64,000 nucleotides of DNA from positions 248,001 through 312,000 of the forward strand of contig NC_043013.1 of assembly GCF_006345805.1 (NCBI RefSeq), read 5' to 3'. This DNA is from Octopus sinensis. Taxonomy: Eukaryota. The notes under the pieces were generated by a model. That model saw nothing but the letters and a program-made list of their open reading frames with translations. It did no database searches and was not told where the DNA came from. Shown here piece after piece: positions 62,829-64,000 of the stretch. Positions within the stretch are counted from its first letter, which is position 1. Every line of letters begins with the position of its first letter. Both the position numbers and the translations under genes were made by a program.

Positions 62829-64000
62829 CATCATCATCATCGTTTAGCGTTCTTTTTCCATGCTAGCATGGGTTGGACGGTTCAACTGGGGTCTGTGAAG
62901 CCAGAAGGCTTCATCAGGCCTAGTCAGATCTGGCAGTGTTTCTACGGCTGGATGCCCTTCCTAACGCCAACCACTCCGCGAGTGTAGTGGGTGCTTTTTA
63001 CGTGCCACCCGCACAGGTGCCAGACAGAGCTGGCAAACGGCCACGAACAGATGGTGCTTTTTATGTGCCACCTGCACGGGGGCCAGGCGAGGCTGGCAAC
63101 GGATACGACGGATGGTGCTTTTTACGTGCCACCAGCACGAGGCCAGTCGGGGCGGCGCTGGCAACGGTCACGAACGGATGGTTCTCTTACATGCGTCCGG
63201 CACTGGTAACACATCTGCAATTTCCATTGATCGATTTCGATTCTGATCCTCACTTGCCTCAACAGGTCTTCACAAGTAGAGTTTTGTGTCCCAAGAAGGG
63301 AAGGTATGCATACGTAGGCTGGCTCCATCCCATGTAGAAGGCCACGGGTTATGGACTCACTTGTCCTGCCGGGTCTTCTCATGCACAGCACACTTCCAGA
63401 GGTCTCGGTCTCTAGTCATTTCCTCAGTGAGACCTAAAGTTCGAAGGTCGTGCTTCACCACCTCGTACCAGGTTTTCCTGGGTCTGCCTCTTCCGCAGGT
63501 TCCCTCAACCACTAGGGTGTGGCACTTTTTCACACAACTATCTTCATCCATTCTCGCCACATGACCATACCAGCACAAACGTCTCTCTTGCACACCACAA
63601 CTGATGCTTCTTAGGTCCAGCTTTTCTCTCAAGGTACTTACACTCTGCCGAGTATGAGTACTGACATTACACATCCATCGGAGCATACTGGCTTCATTTC
63701 TTGCAAGCTTACGCATATCCTCAGCAGTCACCGCCCATGTTTCACTGCCATGTAGCATGGCTGTTTGTACACATGCATCATACAGTCTGCCTTTTACTCT
63801 GAGCGAGAGGTCTTTTGTCACCAGCAGAGATAAGAGCTCTCTGAACTTTGCCCAAGCTATTCTTACTCTAGCAGTTACACTTTCAGCACACCCGCCCCCG
63901 CTGCTGACTTGGTCACCTAGGTAACGGAAACTATCAACTATTTCTAGTTTTTCTCCCTGGAAAGTGACGGAAGTTGGTCTCAGAGCATCTTCAGTCTTTA
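62829..64000 (-). mobile_element. RTE-clade LINE, 3' part (ORF C-terminus, 3' UTR, (GAT)n tail), running off the window
   Basis: Open frame FRYLGDQVSSGGGC..SVTARVRIAWAKFREL...KGRLYDACVQTAMLHGSETWA...RRLCWYGHVARM...GRGRPRKTW to a stop at 63357; UTR ends in the catcatcatcat complement. Confidence 0.95.

Noticed and set aside
58452-63205. CRISPR-like arrays (26-bp and ~60-bp repeats)
   Set aside because: Contiguous tandem units without unique spacers, eukaryotic context, no cas genes.

Overview
AT-rich, microsatellite-dense animal genomic DNA; the repeat landscape most resembles an octopus/coleoid cephalopod (inference, not checked by search). Two convergent protein-coding genes are supported. 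On + is a flavin-containing monooxygenase with 4 coding exons (8476-23530) whose N-terminal exon(s) are not found in the window. On - is the 3' half of casein kinase II alpha with 6 coding exons (60866-39836); its upstream exons lie beyond 64000. The rest is intron/intergenic sequence full of tRNA-SINEs, RTE LINE fragments, two mariners, a Tc1, a maT-like derivative, MITEs and a Penelope-type GIY-YIG remnant. Two unannotated signals stand out. (1) A tRNA-headed SINE-like family (3 loci) whose body carries a minimal type I hammerhead ribozyme; each insertion has an inverted copy of its own 3' end and candidate TSDs, as expected for Penelope-like mobilisation. At least four other unrelated decayed hammerhead motifs are also present. 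(2) A diverged ~0.9 kb tandem duplication on the - strand (3.1-4.05 kb and 5.9-6.8 kb) containing a ~100-nt hairpin with compensatory base changes and an invariant 12-nt bulge. All alignments and folds were done by eye: exon coordinates were counted exactly, repeat boundaries are approximate (about +/-20 bp). No CRISPR, rRNA or intact tRNA gene is supported.
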